From an uncultured Candidatus Saccharibacteria bacterium (lineage in GTDB: Bacteria > Patescibacteriota > Saccharimonadia > Saccharimonadales > JAGQNJ01): a stretch of DNA of 64,000 bases. The notes under the pieces are model-generated. The model was not told where the DNA came from, ran no database searches, and worked only from the letters and a program-made list of their open reading frames with translations. The stretch covers positions 250,228-314,227 of the forward strand of contig OZ246406.1 of NCBI GenBank assembly GCA_965231045.1. The letters are read 5' to 3'. Within the stretch, counting starts at the first letter, position 1. Each line of letters opens with the position of its first letter. Below, piece after piece: positions 21,361 to 32,701 of the stretch. The position numbers were made by a program, and so were the translations under genes.

Positions 21361-24300
21361 TCACTTTTCTTTAGTCTCGTCAACAGGGGTGTCCTCTGAG
21401 GCGAGTTTTTTAGCATAGGCGTCATAGCCAGTACCGACCGGAATCTGGCGACCTAAGATTACATTTTCTTTCAAACCACGAAGTGAATCTACCTTGCCAC
21501 TTGTTGCAGCAGCAATCAGCACACGAGTTGTGTCTTGGAAGCTTGCAGCTGACAAGAACGACTCAGTCGACAAGCTAGCTTTGGTGATTCCAAGCAATAG
21601 TTGGTTGTATTGAATAAGCTGTTTATTAGCTTTAGCAAGCTCCTCATTCTTCTCAACAACTGCTAGTTTGCTAACAATGTCACCCGTCACAAATTCGCTA
21701 TCACCAGCGTCTTCAATCTGTACACGGCTAAACATTTGTCGAACAATCACTTCAAGGTGCTTATCGGCAATATTCTGACCCTGTGATGCGAAAATACGCA
21801 AAATTTCGTTCATGATGTAGCGCTGAGTAGATTCAATACCTTGTAGGCGCATAAGCTCATGAAGGTTAATTGAACCATTCGTTAATCTCTGTCCTGCTAC
21901 AACTTTGTCATTTTCTTTGACTACAAGCTGTTTGTAGCCTGGAATCTCATAGCGCAAAACACTTTGACTGGATGGAGTAATTACAATCTTGGTTGGAGAA
22001 AGCTTAACCTTACCTTCTAGAGGTGCAGTTAACGGCTTAACGCCTTTTTCGCCACTGGCAATTACATCACCAACTGCCACATCTGAACCATCAGCCACCT
22101 GTGGTTGTCGATCGTCAAGATTTAGGGTTACTTTTTCTTTGTCATCAGCCGTAACTTGAACGACGTAATGGTCGCCTTCTTCCCAAGTTTGGACCGTTCC
22201 AGAAATGTCACTTAAGAAAGCTTGTCCCTTAGGTGCTCGCACTTCAAACAATTCTTCTACACGAGGCAAACCTGTGGTGATATCTTCACCAGCTACACCA
22301 CCGGAGTGGAAGGTTCTTAGTGTCAACTGCGTACCAGGCTCACCGATACTTTGTGCGGCAATAACACCAATTGGATAGTGATCAGCCACAATATTTCCAG
22401 TTGCTGGATCAACACCATATGATTTGCGGCTTACACCACGTACATCAGTACAGCTAAGTGCACTCATGATTTTAATGCCATCAAGCGCCTCATCGGCTTC
22501 TATAGCCTTGGCGATTTCGCCAGTAAAGAGCTCACCCTTCTTGATGTGGCCCTTAACAGGTTCAGCTGCAAAACGACCTTCAAGTCGACTGGCAAAACTT
22601 ACCCCGATTTCATTGGCATCAGCCCGATAAATTGGGAATCCTGGGTCTTCGGCATCTTCATCAATGGTAAATACATCTTGCGACACATCTACCAAACGTC
22701 GAGTCAGATAACCAGAGTCGGCAGTCTTAAGCGCAGTATCGATCATACCCTTACGTGCACCTCGAGTGGCGGTAAAGTACTCAAGTGGGTTAAGACCCTT
22801 CTTATAGCTTGATCGAATTGGTAGCTCAATTGCCCGACCAGTCGCATCCACCATAGTTCCAAGCATACCGACGGCGGTCATAACCTGACCGATGTTACCT
22901 CGGGCACCAGACATAACAGCCGTACTCATCGCGCTGTCTTCTTGAACGAACTGTTCACTCAAGGTTGATTGCACATTTGCAGCCGTATCCATCCATGTCT
23001 CAACAGTCAAACGATAACGCTCATCGTCAGTAATGAAACCTTGGTCATACTGATGACTAATCTCAACTGCCTTCTTTTCACCGTCATCAAGCAGTTTGTG
23101 AAGGTCAGCAATGTCACTAAAGTCATCCATTCCGAGTGAAAGACCTGATCGTGTGGCGTACTCAAAGCCAAGGTCCTTAAGGTCATCAGCAATGTTAGCC
23201 GTTTTGTCTTGACCATATTTTTGATAAGCCACAGCCATAACAGCTGCAAGCTTCTTCTTGGTCATTGTGTCATCCTGGAAAGGAAAATCCTCTGGGAATA
23301 CTTCATTGAAAAGTAACCGTCCAAGAGTGGTTTCGCGCACTTCTCCACGGAACATAGTTCGTACCGTATTCTGTAACTTGATTTCACCGCTATCTAGCGC
23401 CATTAGTGCTTCTGAAAGATCACTATATGGTTTTGGCTTGTTATCTAAACCAGGACGTTCATACGTTAGGTAATAACAACCTAGCACGATATCTTGTTCG
23501 ATATGTAATATTGGCGACCCATCCGCTGGTTTAAGCAAGTTTTTGTTGCTAGCCATTATTTCTTTAGCTTCTTTTTGAGCTGCGTCAGAAAGTGGCAAGT
23601 GAACAGCCATCTGGTCACCATCAAAGTCAGCGTTGAAACCTTTACATACGAGAGGATGAAGCTGAATAGCTTTACCTTCAATCAGTACTGGCATGAATGC
23701 TTGGATACTAAGTCGGTGAAGTGACGGTGCACGGTTAAGTAGCACGTACTTTTCTTTAATTACTTCATCTAACGCATCCCAAACTGCTGTTTCACCAGCT
23801 TCAATCATGCGAGTAGCACTACGAATGTTGTGGGCATGCTCGTTTTCGATCAAATGACCGATAACAAAAGGCTTAAACAATTCTAGAGCCATCATCTTTG
23901 GTAGACCACATTGATCAATCTTTAGCTCTGGACCAGCAACAATTACTGAACGACCAGAGTAATCAACACGCTTACCAAGAAGGTTTTGACGGAAACGACC
24001 TTGTTTACCTTTGAGCATATCACTCAAGCTCTTTAGACGACGTCGTTGACCAGTTGCAGCTACTGCACGACCAGAACGAGCGTTACCGTTGTCAATTAGA
24101 GCATCGACAGCTTCTTGAAGCATACGTTGTTCGTTTCGGCGAATTACTTCTGGTGCATTTAAGTCCATCAGTTTCTTGAGTCGATTGTTACGGTTGATAA
24201 CTCGACGGTATAGATCGTTAAGGTCGCTAGTCGCAAAACGTCCACCGGTTAGTTGAACCATAGGTCGAAGATCTGGAGGGATTACTGGCAGAACAGATAC

Positions 24301-25182
24301 ACAAGTTGAACTTGGCTTAATACCAGCTCGTTGCATGCTCTCTAGAAGTCGTAAACGCTTCATAATCTTCTTTTTACGTTGTCCCTTGGCTTCTTCAGCT
24401 TCTTTGGTCAAATCTTCAATAAGTTTACCTAGGTCAATCTCATCAAGAAGCTCTTTAAGTGCTGCGCCACCCATACCAACTTCAATAATGTCTTGTAGAT
24501 CGTCACTGAGGTTTTGGTATTCACTCTCAGAAATAAGATTTAACTTCTCCAGAGATGTAACTTGATCTTTGAATGTTTCAAATTCGCTTGTTAATTCTTC
24601 AAGCTCTTTAGTTCGCATTTCAGCCAAGGCTTTTACGTTAGCTTCTTCAGCTTCAGCTTCTTTTTCGTAACGAGCCTTTATAGCTTCCTGAGCCGCAGCA
24701 TACTCCGCTTCTTTATCGGCCAGCATTTTATCGCGTTTTTCTGTGTCAACTTCTTTAATGATGTAACTAGCAAAGTAAGCGACACGCTCAAGATTCTTAA
24801 CTGTCATTCCAAGCAGCAAGCCTATTGCTGATGGTGTTCCACGAAGGAACCAAATGTGTGCAACTGGGCAAGCTAAGCTAATATGGCCCATTCGCTCACG
24901 TCGCACAATACTTCGTGTAACAATTTCGCCATTTTTATCGACTGCAGCTTCGCGTGAACGAACACCCTTGTACTTGGCATCATGAGGATTTATATCTTTA
25001 ACTGGACCAAAAATACGCTCACAAAATAGACCGTCTCGTTCTGGTTTTTGTGTTCGATAGTTAATAGTTTCAGGCTTTGTAACTTCACCATGTGACCAAT
25101 CTGTAATATCATCGCTGCTGGCAACAGCAAGACGTACAGCATCAAAGTCTGCAATATTTGGACCGTTTGAATATCTACGCAT
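21361..25182 (-). CDS. rpoC: DNA-directed RNA polymerase beta' subunit
   Basis: [41 protein letters not shown]. Confidence 0.99.
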   Translation of the reverse strand: MRRYSNGPNIADFDAVRLAVASSDDITDWSHGEVTKPETINYRTQKPERDGLFCERIFGPVKDINPHDAKYKGVRSREAAVDKNGEIVTRSIVRRERMGHISLACPVAHIWFLRGTPSAIGLLLGMTVKNLERVAYFASYIIKEVDTEKRDKMLADKEAEYAAAQEAIKARYEKEAEAEEANVKALAEMRTKELEELTSEFETFKDQVTSLEKLNLISESEYQNLSDDLQDIIEVGMGGAALKELLDEIDLGKLIEDLTKEAEEAKGQRKKKIMKRLRLLESMQRAGIKPSSTCVSVLPVIPPDLRPMVQLTGGRFATSDLNDLYRRVINRNNRLKKLMDLNAPEVIRRNEQRMLQEAVDALIDNGNARSGRAVAATGQRRRLKSLSDMLKGKQGRFRQNLLGKRVDYSGRSVIVAGPELKIDQCGLPKMMALELFKPFVIGHLIENEHAHNIRSATRMIEAGETAVWDALDEVIKEKYVLLNRAPSLHRLSIQAFMPVLIEGKAIQLHPLVCKGFNADFDGDQMAVHLPLSDAAQKEAKEIMASNKNLLKPADGSPILHIEQDIVLGCYYLTYERPGLDNKPKPYSDLSEALMALDSGEIKLQNTVRTMFRGEVRETTLGRLLFNEVFPEDFPFQDDTMTKKKLAAVMAVAYQKYGQDKTANIADDLKDLGFEYATRSGLSLGMDDFSDIADLHKLLDDGEKKAVEISHQYDQGFITDDERYRLTVETWMDTAANVQSTLSEQFVQEDSAMSTAVMSGARGNIGQVMTAVGMLGTMVDATGRAIELPIRSSYKKGLNPLEYFTATRGARKGMIDTALKTADSGYLTRRLVDVSQDVFTIDEDAEDPGFPIYRADANEIGVSFASRLEGRFAAEPVKGHIKKGELFTGEIAKAIEADEALDGIKIMSALSCTDVRGVSRKSYGVDPATGNIVADHYPIGVIAAQSIGEPGTQLTLRTFHSGGVAGEDITTGLPRVEELFEVRAPKGQAFLSDISGTVQTWEEGDHYVVQVTADDKEKVTLNLDDRQPQVADGSDVAVGDVIASGEKGVKPLTAPLEGKVKLSPTKIVITPSSQSVLRYEIPGYKQLVVKENDKVVAGQRLTNGSINLHELMRLQGIESTQRYIMNEILRIFASQGQNIADKHLEVIVRQMFSRVQIEDAGDSEFVTGDIVSKLAVVEKNEELAKANKQLIQYNQLLLGITKASLSTESFLSAASFQDTTRVLIAAATSGKVDSLRGLKENVILGRQIPVGTGYDAYAKKLASEDTPVDETKEK

Positions 25183-28100
25183 TACTTTGCCTCCTCTTCA
25201 TCGTTAGTATCCGTGGCCGTGTCCTCGTCATCATCTGATCCTCCAGGGACACTTGCATGAACTTGATCGTCAAGTTCAATAATTTCAAATTCGTCTGTTA
25301 TAGCATCGGCTGTAACATCAATCTCCGAAGCCTCAGGAGCTGGGACATCAACGTCAGACTGGTGCTCGCCTTCATCTTTTATGTTTTCGGCTAGTACTGC
25401 TTCAGCATCAACAGTTGCATCAGAGGCCATTAAGTCAACCTTAAGTCCAAGTCCTTGCAATTCTTTTACAAGCACATTGAAGCTTTCTGGAACTTTTGGA
25501 CCAACAATATCCGTTCCCTTAATGATCGACTCATAAGCCTTTGAACGTCCGTAAACATCATCAGACTTAATAGTAAGCATTTCTTGGAGTGTAGTTGCGG
25601 CACCATAAGCTTCAAGTGCCCATACTTCCATTTCACCAAATCGCTGACCACCGTTTTGGGCCTTACCACCAAGTGGCTGTTGAGTAACCATAGTGTATGG
25701 TCCAGTTGAACGAGCGTGGATCTTATCGACAATCATGTGGTTTAGCTTAATCATGTACATGCTTCCCACAGTTGTCTCTTCAGAAAATGCCTCACCTGTT
25801 CGGCCATCATAGAGTTGCTGTTTACCATTCTGAGGTAAGCCAGCTTCTTTGAGTAGCTCTTGGATCTTTGGTATCGGCACACCATTAAATGACGGGCTAG
25901 CAACTTTCATACCAAGCGCCCGTGCGGCCATACCAAGGTGAGTTTCAAACAACTGACCAATGTTCATACGTGATGGCACACCTAGCGGGTTAAGAACAAT
26001 ATCAACTGGTGTTCCATCTTCCATGAATGGCATGTCTTCAACTGGCAAAATTCGAGCGATAACACCCTTGTTACCGTGACGACCACCAAGCTTGTCACCA
26101 ACTGCAATTTTACGCATTTGAGCAACAAAAACTTGAATCTGCATGATTACACCGGCTTTTAGTTCGTGGCCGTTTTCCCTAGAAAAAACCTTAACACCAA
26201 CAACTTTACCGTGCTTACCATTACTCATTCGTTGTGATGTATCACGCACATCTTTTGCCTTCTCACCGAAAATAGCTCGAAGTAGGCGCTCTTCACTTGA
26301 AAGTTCTTGCTCACCTTTTGGCGTAATCTTACCAACTAAGATGTCACCAGGGTGGACTTCAGCACCAATGCGGACGATTCCATCATCGTCAAGATGTCGC
26401 AGAGCTTCTTCAGAAACGTTAGGAATATCTCGTGTTACAAGTTCTGGGCCAAGCTTAGTTTCACGAACTTCAGTCATGAAGTCGACAATGTGAATTGAAG
26501 TCAAGGCATCGTCTTCAACCAATTTTCGAGAAATAATTATGGCATCCTCGAAGTTGTAGCCTTTCCATGGCATAAATGCAGCAACAAGATCACGTCCAAG
26601 AGCTAATTCACCATCAGCAATTGACATACCTTCTATAAGTGCATCGCCTTTTTTAACCTTTTGGCCAGAAACAACAACAACTTTTTGATTGATACATGAA
26701 CCTTCATTACTTCTAATAAAGTGTTGTGGGTGATAGGTAACCTTGCCGGCTTTTTTGTAGCTAACAACGACTTCTTCACCGGTAGCTTTTACTACTTCAC
26801 CATCTTCTTCTGCGGCAATCAGCTGACCAGTATTGGCTGCGACAACTGCCTCAAGACCAGTACCAACAATTGGACTAGCCGGAGTAATTAGCGGCACAGC
26901 TTGACGTTGCTGGTTACTACCCATAAGTGATCGGTACACATAGTTCTTTTCGACAAATGGAATCAAACCAGCTGAACTACCAATAATTTGGCGCCGACTG
27001 GCGTCCATGTGAGTTACTTCGTTTGCATCAACCTCACCTGAAACAAGATGAGCACGCGCTGAAACACGTTCGTTTACAAAGTGACCATTGGCATCCACTT
27101 CCTCACCTGCACTAGCGATAACTGCTTGTTCTTCTTCAGAAGCATCCAAATAAACAACTTCTTTTTGGACAACAGCTTTTACGGGCCATGTAGCTCGTTC
27201 TTTAACTGCAGCTAGTTTTTTGGCATCTGCAGCCGTGATTTTTGCACCGGCTTTTACTAGAGTTTTACCTTTAGCATCCTCAAGATTAACAGCTGCAACT
27301 CGTCCTACAGCATCTTTGGCTGTAGTGGCATTGCTAACTTTAATGTAAGGAGTTTCAATAAAACCATATTCGTTAATACGAGCGTAGCTAGCGAGGTTTA
27401 GAACCAATCCAATGTTGGCACCTTCTGGCGTTTCTACGGCACATATACGTCCATAGTGAGTAGCATGTGCATCACGCACTTCAAATCCAGCACGTTCACG
27501 AGAAAGACCTCCAGGTCCCATTGAGCTCAAGCGTCGTTTGTGAGCAAGCTCAGAAAGTGGGTTAATTTGGTCCATGAACTGCGAAAGCTGTGAGCTCGCA
27601 AAGAATTCACGAACAGCAGCCACAACTGGACGAGCATTAATAAGCTGTCCGGGTGTTACTGTCTCGATTTCACACATGCTCATGCGGTCTTTGGTATTTC
27701 GCTCCATTCGAAGCAAACCAATTCGGAATTGTCGTTGTACAAGTTCACCGACTAATTTCACGCGTCGATTAGCAAGTGAATCAATGTCATCGGCAGGTTC
27801 TTGAGTATTATTAAGACGAATAATCTCCGAAACTATGGCTTGAAGATCTTCAAGTCGCATAACACGATTTTCGGCAGTATTTTTAACGTCTAGATTAAGC
27901 CGCTTATTGATCTTATATCGTCCAACACGGCTAAAATCAAAACGCTTAAAGTTGTAGAACATATTCTCGAGTAAGCTTCTAGCGTTATCTACAGTTGCTA
28001 GGTCGCCAGGACGAAGTCGACGATAAACCTCGATCAATGCTTCGTTCACGCCACGAGCAGGATCTTTTTCTAGGGTAATATCGAGATAGTTTGTTTCGCC

Positions 28101-28739
28101 TTGGTCAACATGCGCGAAAGCCTCTTTCATAGCTTGATCGCTCATACCTAATGCTCGGAACAGTGTAGTAACAGGAATTTTTCGCTTTCGATCAATCTTG
28201 ACATAAAGTGCACCATTAGCAGCTGTTTCAAACTCAAGCCAAGCACCCCGACCAGGGATCACCTTGGCACCGTAGTGGTTTTTGCCGCCTACTTGGTCAG
28301 ATGTGAAGAATACACCGGCCGATCGGATCAGCTGACTTACAACAACACGTTCAGCACCATTTATTACAAAAGTTCCACGTGTAGTCATCCATGGATAGTC
28401 ACCAAGATAGATCTCTTGTTCTTTGACTTCACCAGTAACTTTATTTGTAAGAACGACCGTAGCCTTTAGTGGAGCTTCGTAAGAAACATTATTCTCACGA
28501 GCTTCCACTTCTGACATTTTAGGATCTTCAAAGCGATAATCTTTGAAACTTAATGATAATTTTGTACCGGTATAGTCATCAATTGGACTAATTTCGGCCA
28601 ATAATTCGCCAAGACCTTCTTCTACGAACCATTGAAATGATTTATTTTGGTGATCTACTAGATTTGGTAGATCAAGGATGTCATCTGTTTGTGTAAAGTA
28701 CGTGCGCTTTTTATGCGCAATATTTGACGCCTTCGCCAT
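25182..28739 (-). CDS. rpoB: DNA-directed RNA polymerase beta subunit
   Basis: SQLSQFMDQ, ETPEG, GRHGNKG, GGQRFGEMEVWALEAYG. Confidence 0.99.
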   Translation of the reverse strand: MAKASNIAHKKRTYFTQTDDILDLPNLVDHQNKSFQWFVEEGLGELLAEISPIDDYTGTKLSLSFKDYRFEDPKMSEVEARENNVSYEAPLKATVVLTNKVTGEVKEQEIYLGDYPWMTTRGTFVINGAERVVVSQLIRSAGVFFTSDQVGGKNHYGAKVIPGRGAWLEFETAANGALYVKIDRKRKIPVTTLFRALGMSDQAMKEAFAHVDQGETNYLDITLEKDPARGVNEALIEVYRRLRPGDLATVDNARSLLENMFYNFKRFDFSRVGRYKINKRLNLDVKNTAENRVMRLEDLQAIVSEIIRLNNTQEPADDIDSLANRRVKLVGELVQRQFRIGLLRMERNTKDRMSMCEIETVTPGQLINARPVVAAVREFFASSQLSQFMDQINPLSELAHKRRLSSMGPGGLSRERAGFEVRDAHATHYGRICAVETPEGANIGLVLNLASYARINEYGFIETPYIKVSNATTAKDAVGRVAAVNLEDAKGKTLVKAGAKITAADAKKLAAVKERATWPVKAVVQKEVVYLDASEEEQAVIASAGEEVDANGHFVNERVSARAHLVSGEVDANEVTHMDASRRQIIGSSAGLIPFVEKNYVYRSLMGSNQQRQAVPLITPASPIVGTGLEAVVAANTGQLIAAEEDGEVVKATGEEVVVSYKKAGKVTYHPQHFIRSNEGSCINQKVVVVSGQKVKKGDALIEGMSIADGELALGRDLVAAFMPWKGYNFEDAIIISRKLVEDDALTSIHIVDFMTEVRETKLGPELVTRDIPNVSEEALRHLDDDGIVRIGAEVHPGDILVGKITPKGEQELSSEERLLRAIFGEKAKDVRDTSQRMSNGKHGKVVGVKVFSRENGHELKAGVIMQIQVFVAQMRKIAVGDKLGGRHGNKGVIARILPVEDMPFMEDGTPVDIVLNPLGVPSRMNIGQLFETHLGMAARALGMKVASPSFNGVPIPKIQELLKEAGLPQNGKQQLYDGRTGEAFSEETTVGSMYMIKLNHMIVDKIHARSTGPYTMVTQQPLGGKAQNGGQRFGEMEVWALEAYGAATTLQEMLTIKSDDVYGRSKAYESIIKGTDIVGPKVPESFNVLVKELQGLGLKVDLMASDATVDAEAVLAENIKDEGEHQSDVDVPAPEASEIDVTADAITDEFEIIELDDQVHASVPGGSDDDEDTATDTNDEEEAK

Positions 28740-28938
28740 ATATGACCATGCTCCCCTGTTATCTACAGAATTTTAGACAACTAAAAGACTGTAAGATTAA
28801 CTTAATTTTATAGATACGCGTGAAGATCTCTAAGGGTTAATTGGTATTTTCTCGAGATAAATACCAGCAAGGCCCTTACCCTACTTCTTAAAGTCTAGTT
28901 TGAATGATTCCAGCTCAGATGTCAATAGTATATCAATA

Positions 28939-29535
28939 CTATTTTTTAATAACTTTGTCGACGATTCCATACTTCTTGGCATCATCGGCATTAAGCCAGA
29001 AATCACGTTCGACGTCTTGTTCTATTTTCTTCAAAGATTGTCCGGTATTTTTAGCCAAAATTTCATTCAAGAGTTTCTTGAGTCTTAAACCTTCTTTAAG
29101 ATCAATTTCCATGTCGCTAACTCGGCCACGAGTACCTGATGAAGGTTGATGAATCATAACAGTCGCATGCGGAAGCAAGAATCGTTTGCCTTTAGCGCCT
29201 GAGCTAAGCAGGAAGGCCGCGGCGCTAGCTTGTACACCAATACCTACGGTTTGAACGTCACATTTCACATACTGCATTGTGTCGTAGATAGCGAACGCAT
29301 CATAGACGCTTCCACCAGGACTATTTATGTACAATTTAATGTCTCTCTTTGGATCTTCGCTCTCTAGAAATAACATCTGTGCAATGATTAGGTTAGCGGT
29401 ATGCTCATTTACATCTGTGCCCAAAAAGATAATACGATCTTTAAGAAGCCTTGAATAAATATCATATGCTCGCTCCACTCGGCCATCTTGCTCGATGACA
29501 GTTGGAACTAATACTGAACTGCTTGGTTTCGTCAT
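28939..29535 (-). CDS. clpP: ATP-dependent Clp protease proteolytic subunit
   Basis: [25 protein letters not shown] (Ser), IHQP (His), RDFW (Asp). Confidence 0.97.
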   Translation of the reverse strand: MTKPSSSVLVPTVIEQDGRVERAYDIYSRLLKDRIIFLGTDVNEHTANLIIAQMLFLESEDPKRDIKLYINSPGGSVYDAFAIYDTMQYVKCDVQTVGIGVQASAAAFLLSSGAKGKRFLLPHATVMIHQPSSGTRGRVSDMEIDLKEGLRLKKLLNEILAKNTGQSLKKIEQDVERDFWLNADDAKKYGIVDKVIKK

Positions 29536-29559
29536 AGTAGTCTTAGTTTAGGTCATAAA

Positions 29560-29586
29560 TTAGCACTCGTCAATCCCGAGTGCTAA
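29560..29586. promoter_or_regulatory. CIRCE element (HrcA operator) overlapping the clpP promoter
   Basis: Exact TTAGCACTC-N9-GAGTGCTAA; minus strand TTGACG-17-TAAACT. Confidence 0.92.
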
Positions 29587-30178
29587 CTTTTTGTACTACT
29601 TGTTCGTAAACATGGAATAAAAAACCGACTCTTATTCTTGTATCTGAGGTTAATTCTACGCCATGCTCTACTTGATCGTCAGGATGACAAAGATTATTAA
29701 TTGTAATCACATCGCCAGGAAAAATCGGTATCCCGTTTGGGTATTTTGATTTGTAACGTCCTGAGAAAAACCAATTAACTCTTCCCCCAGCATTGGCCAT
29801 GACACGGATATCTCTTGCCCCATCAGTATGTATACCGAGTCGGTTATTACCACTGGCTTGTGACATCACACGAGCATATCCGATTATTTGTCGCCAATCA
29901 AAATCAACAACATTAAAAAGTTGCTCGTAAATCCTCATTCTCGCATTGTGGGAGTTTTGGACTAGCTCTCCTTGTAGTTTTTGATCAAAACCTAGGGGAG
30001 CAACATTAGTTAGCATAAATGACTCCATACCTTTGGTATGAGTTGAAAAATGTTTTATCCCACCTATGTTCGGATTAGACATAATGTCAGATGAAGCTTC
30101 GAGTGCAAGCTCAGGCGAAATAAAACCAGGTTGGTAGCTTAACTCTCCCTCTTCAGGAATAATTAGTCGAGTGGGCAT
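29570..30178 (-). CDS. putative 2OG-Fe(II) dioxygenase (AlkB-like)
   Basis: HxD (GIHTD), distal His (EHGV), C-terminal R..F strand, N-terminal YQPGFISPE. Confidence 0.6.
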   Translation of the reverse strand: MPTRLIIPEEGELSYQPGFISPELALEASSDIMSNPNIGGIKHFSTHTKGMESFMLTNVAPLGFDQKLQGELVQNSHNARMRIYEQLFNVVDFDWRQIIGYARVMSQASGNNRLGIHTDGARDIRVMANAGGRVNWFFSGRYKSKYPNGIPIFPGDVITINNLCHPDDQVEHGVELTSDTRIRVGFLFHVYEQVVQKVSTRD

Positions 30179-30226
30179 AAAATCCAGATTAGACCCACCC
30201 AGTTTATACTGTCAAGGATAAGCTAT

Positions 30227-30472
30227 TTACATATTGCGAGTAGCAAAATCTAATACTCTATGTGCAACAGGTCTAAACTTATCTGAAATTGGTACTTCAA
30301 CTACAAATGCACCAGCTAATCTAGCTAGATAAGAGTCTGAGATGTCAAGGATTGCATTACCACGAGATTGCAATAAGTCTGGGCTTTTCATATCAACACC
30401 CAACCCTACATCATTCTTTGCAACTCGGGTGATTATCGTTTTACCTCTTATAGCTTCTTCGAATACATCCAT
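30227..30472 (-). CDS. hypothetical protein
   Basis: 81-aa ORF with TAATAT 6 nt before the ATG. Confidence 0.5.
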   Translation of the reverse strand: MDVFEEAIRGKTIITRVAKNDVGLGVDMKSPDLLQSRGNAILDISDSYLARLAGAFVVEVPISDKFRPVAHRVLDFATRNM

Positions 30473-30507
30473 ATTACTATATTACAATCTATTTTACTTT
30501 TATGCGA

Positions 30508-31788
30508 CTATGTAGCAAGTTCTACAAGTTTGTTAATTGTTTTCTCTGTTAACATTCGTGCCGTAATATCCCGGTGGACCTCGGGTTTATCAAGTTCAGC
30601 TTGCATTGCAGGATCGTTATACTGCATTTTAAGTACTTGGATACGGGTAGCAACTTCTTCGGGGGTAATTTGTAAGTTTTCAGCCTCTGATACTTCAGCT
30701 AACACTAGACTTGTCTTAACCTTTTGTTCAGCACGCGGCTCAACAACATCTTTCTCATAAGTTTCTGCTTTCTGACCTTCGGCCTCAAGAAATTCGTCAT
30801 ATGTCAGTCCGCGTGTGGCCAGGCTCTGCTTCAATTCCTTAAGATCGTGGTCAACCTGATCAGCGATTAATGTGTCAGGAATACTAACTTGACTCTTATC
30901 AGTAAGCTCATTAATGATTTCTGTTTCGAGTTTGGTTTGGGCTTCACTTTCCTTTTCAAGTTCTAATTGCTTCTTTATGTCGCTTTTAAGATCGGCAAGA
31001 CTCTTAAAGTCACCGACCTTCTTGGCAAAAGCATCATCTTCTTTTGGCTTCACAATTTCATTAACTTTTTTAACGGTAGCTGTAAATTTCACTTTGCTAC
31101 CAGCCAGGCTAGTCGCTCGATAATCTTTAGGGAATGTTAATGTAAAGGTTTTTTCATCGCCAACTTTTGCGCCGACTAGGTTTTCTTCAAACCCAGGGAT
31201 AAACGTATCGCTGCCAAGAACCAATGGATAGTCCTTACCATCGGCACCTTTAATAGGGTCACCTTTAGCGTTAACCCCAGTAAAATCAATCCAGACCTCA
31301 TCACCATTCTTGGCTTCGCGCTTAACTTCCTTTTTATCAGCTAAGCGAATCTTTAGGTTATCGATTACTGTTGCGACATCCTTATCGGTTACTTTCTCGA
31401 TTTTCTTACTTTTCTTGATCTTTTTATAGTCGCCTAGCTTAACTGGGCCCAGTACTTCAACAGTTGCATCAAACTCAATCTCGCTAAATGGAACAAATTT
31501 CTTTAGAGTAACTTCCGGTCGATCAATCGGTCGCAGTTTCTCTGCTTGAGCCGCCTCCATATATAGCTGACCCATAGCTTCTTCAATAAACTCTGTTTGA
31601 AGTAATTGCTGGTCTAGGTTCTTTTCTACTAGATTAAGGGGCGCTTTACCATCGCGAAAGCCTGAAAGTTTTACCTTTGGGCTCAAACGCTGCAATGTGC
31701 GCTCCTTAATCGGGGCTAGATAAGCCTGGCTAGCGCTAATAGTTAAAACTGTTTTGGTGTCTGATATGTTCTTCTTAGTTACTTGCAT
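30508..31788 (-). CDS. tig: trigger factor
   Basis: GFRDGKAP signature; FKBP domain FIPGFEENLVG, FPKDY. Confidence 0.96.
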   Translation of the reverse strand: MQVTKKNISDTKTVLTISASQAYLAPIKERTLQRLSPKVKLSGFRDGKAPLNLVEKNLDQQLLQTEFIEEAMGQLYMEAAQAEKLRPIDRPEVTLKKFVPFSEIEFDATVEVLGPVKLGDYKKIKKSKKIEKVTDKDVATVIDNLKIRLADKKEVKREAKNGDEVWIDFTGVNAKGDPIKGADGKDYPLVLGSDTFIPGFEENLVGAKVGDEKTFTLTFPKDYRATSLAGSKVKFTATVKKVNEIVKPKEDDAFAKKVGDFKSLADLKSDIKKQLELEKESEAQTKLETEIINELTDKSQVSIPDTLIADQVDHDLKELKQSLATRGLTYDEFLEAEGQKAETYEKDVVEPRAEQKVKTSLVLAEVSEAENLQITPEEVATRIQVLKMQYNDPAMQAELDKPEVHRDITARMLTEKTINKLVELAT

Positions 31789-31815
31789 GAGGAATTAGTG
31801 TAACAGATCAAAAAA

Positions 31816-32241
31816 TTATTTGCCAGTCGCTCTAGCATAAATAACAATCACAAAACCAGCCGCTAACAGTGCCAAGCCGAAGCCTTGAACTAAAGAAATC
31901 TTTTCTTTATATATGAAATAACTCAGAATTGTTGAGATAAATATTGCACCCCCGAAAACTGCCGGTGCCACTACGCCAACTTTATTTGTTGCATATGCTT
32001 TATTGATTGACATAACAAAAAAGGCAATTAATACTCCTGTTGCAACAGCCATCAACATACCAAAACGCTGATCATGAAAGACTTTCTTACTCAGTATTGG
32101 TATAGAAACGGCAATCGGGACAGCTGCCGAAACAGCGTTAATGATTGCGGCAGCGATATTAGTATTTGTATTGCGTGACGCAGCTGTAGCAAAAATAATA
32201 GCCACGCTATATAGCAACATTGCAAATACTATCCAAATCAT
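31816..32241 (-). CDS. EamA/DMT-family small membrane transporter
   Basis: About 5 TM, KVGVVAP...LSYFIYKEKIS...G motif. Confidence 0.75.
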   Translation of the reverse strand: MIWIVFAMLLYSVAIIFATAASRNTNTNIAAAIINAVSAAVPIAVSIPILSKKVFHDQRFGMLMAVATGVLIAFFVMSINKAYATNKVGVVAPAVFGGAIFISTILSYFIYKEKISLVQGFGLALLAAGFVIVIYARATGK

Positions 32242-32263
32242 AAGCTGTATTGTAGCAAAGTTC

Positions 32264-32701
32264 TTAAATGGTTAAACGAAATAAAGTTGCTGACATGAGA
32301 AAAAACCATACTAGTTCAATTATTATGCCCAGTTTGGTTTCTGACCACTGGATCTTAGCGTGAAATTTGGCAATAGGGATTAACTTTTTCTTTTGGCCCT
32401 TAAGCTCGTAAATAAGGTAGTACAGCCACATTAAATCTGGGCTAGCACATGCAATTCCGCCAGCTACAAGCCAAGGCCAATTCGGCAAACCCAGTATGGC
32501 CATAGCCAGCAGAATTGATGCAGCAAAACCCATATCGGTCGCAAGGACAACAAGAAATCGCATATCTCGTTCTTTAGCCCCAAAGTGCGGGAGGGCATCA
32601 AGTGCAAAATGTGTTAAAAACGCCACTGGAATAGCAATTAAGGGTTTGTCGATCAAGGCAACTACAACTGCGCCGGTTACAACGTGATTGGTAGCTGTCA
32701 C
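32264..32701 (-). CDS. membrane protein, putative metal-dependent hydrolase
   Basis: NH...G, HFALDALPH, PD, FH..IQW motifs in a hydrophobic protein. Confidence 0.6.
   Translation of the reverse strand: MTATNHVVTGAVVVALIDKPLIAIPVAFLTHFALDALPHFGAKERDMRFLVVLATDMGFAASILLAMAILGLPNWPWLVAGGIACASPDLMWLYYLIYELKGQKKKLIPIAKFHAKIQWSETKLGIIIELVWFFLMSATLFRLTI

Noticed and set aside
21361-21363. Alternative genetic code 25 (TGA=Gly) as in some CPR
   Set aside because: rpoC, rplP and hisS end at TGA at expected positions and all genes are intact under code 11
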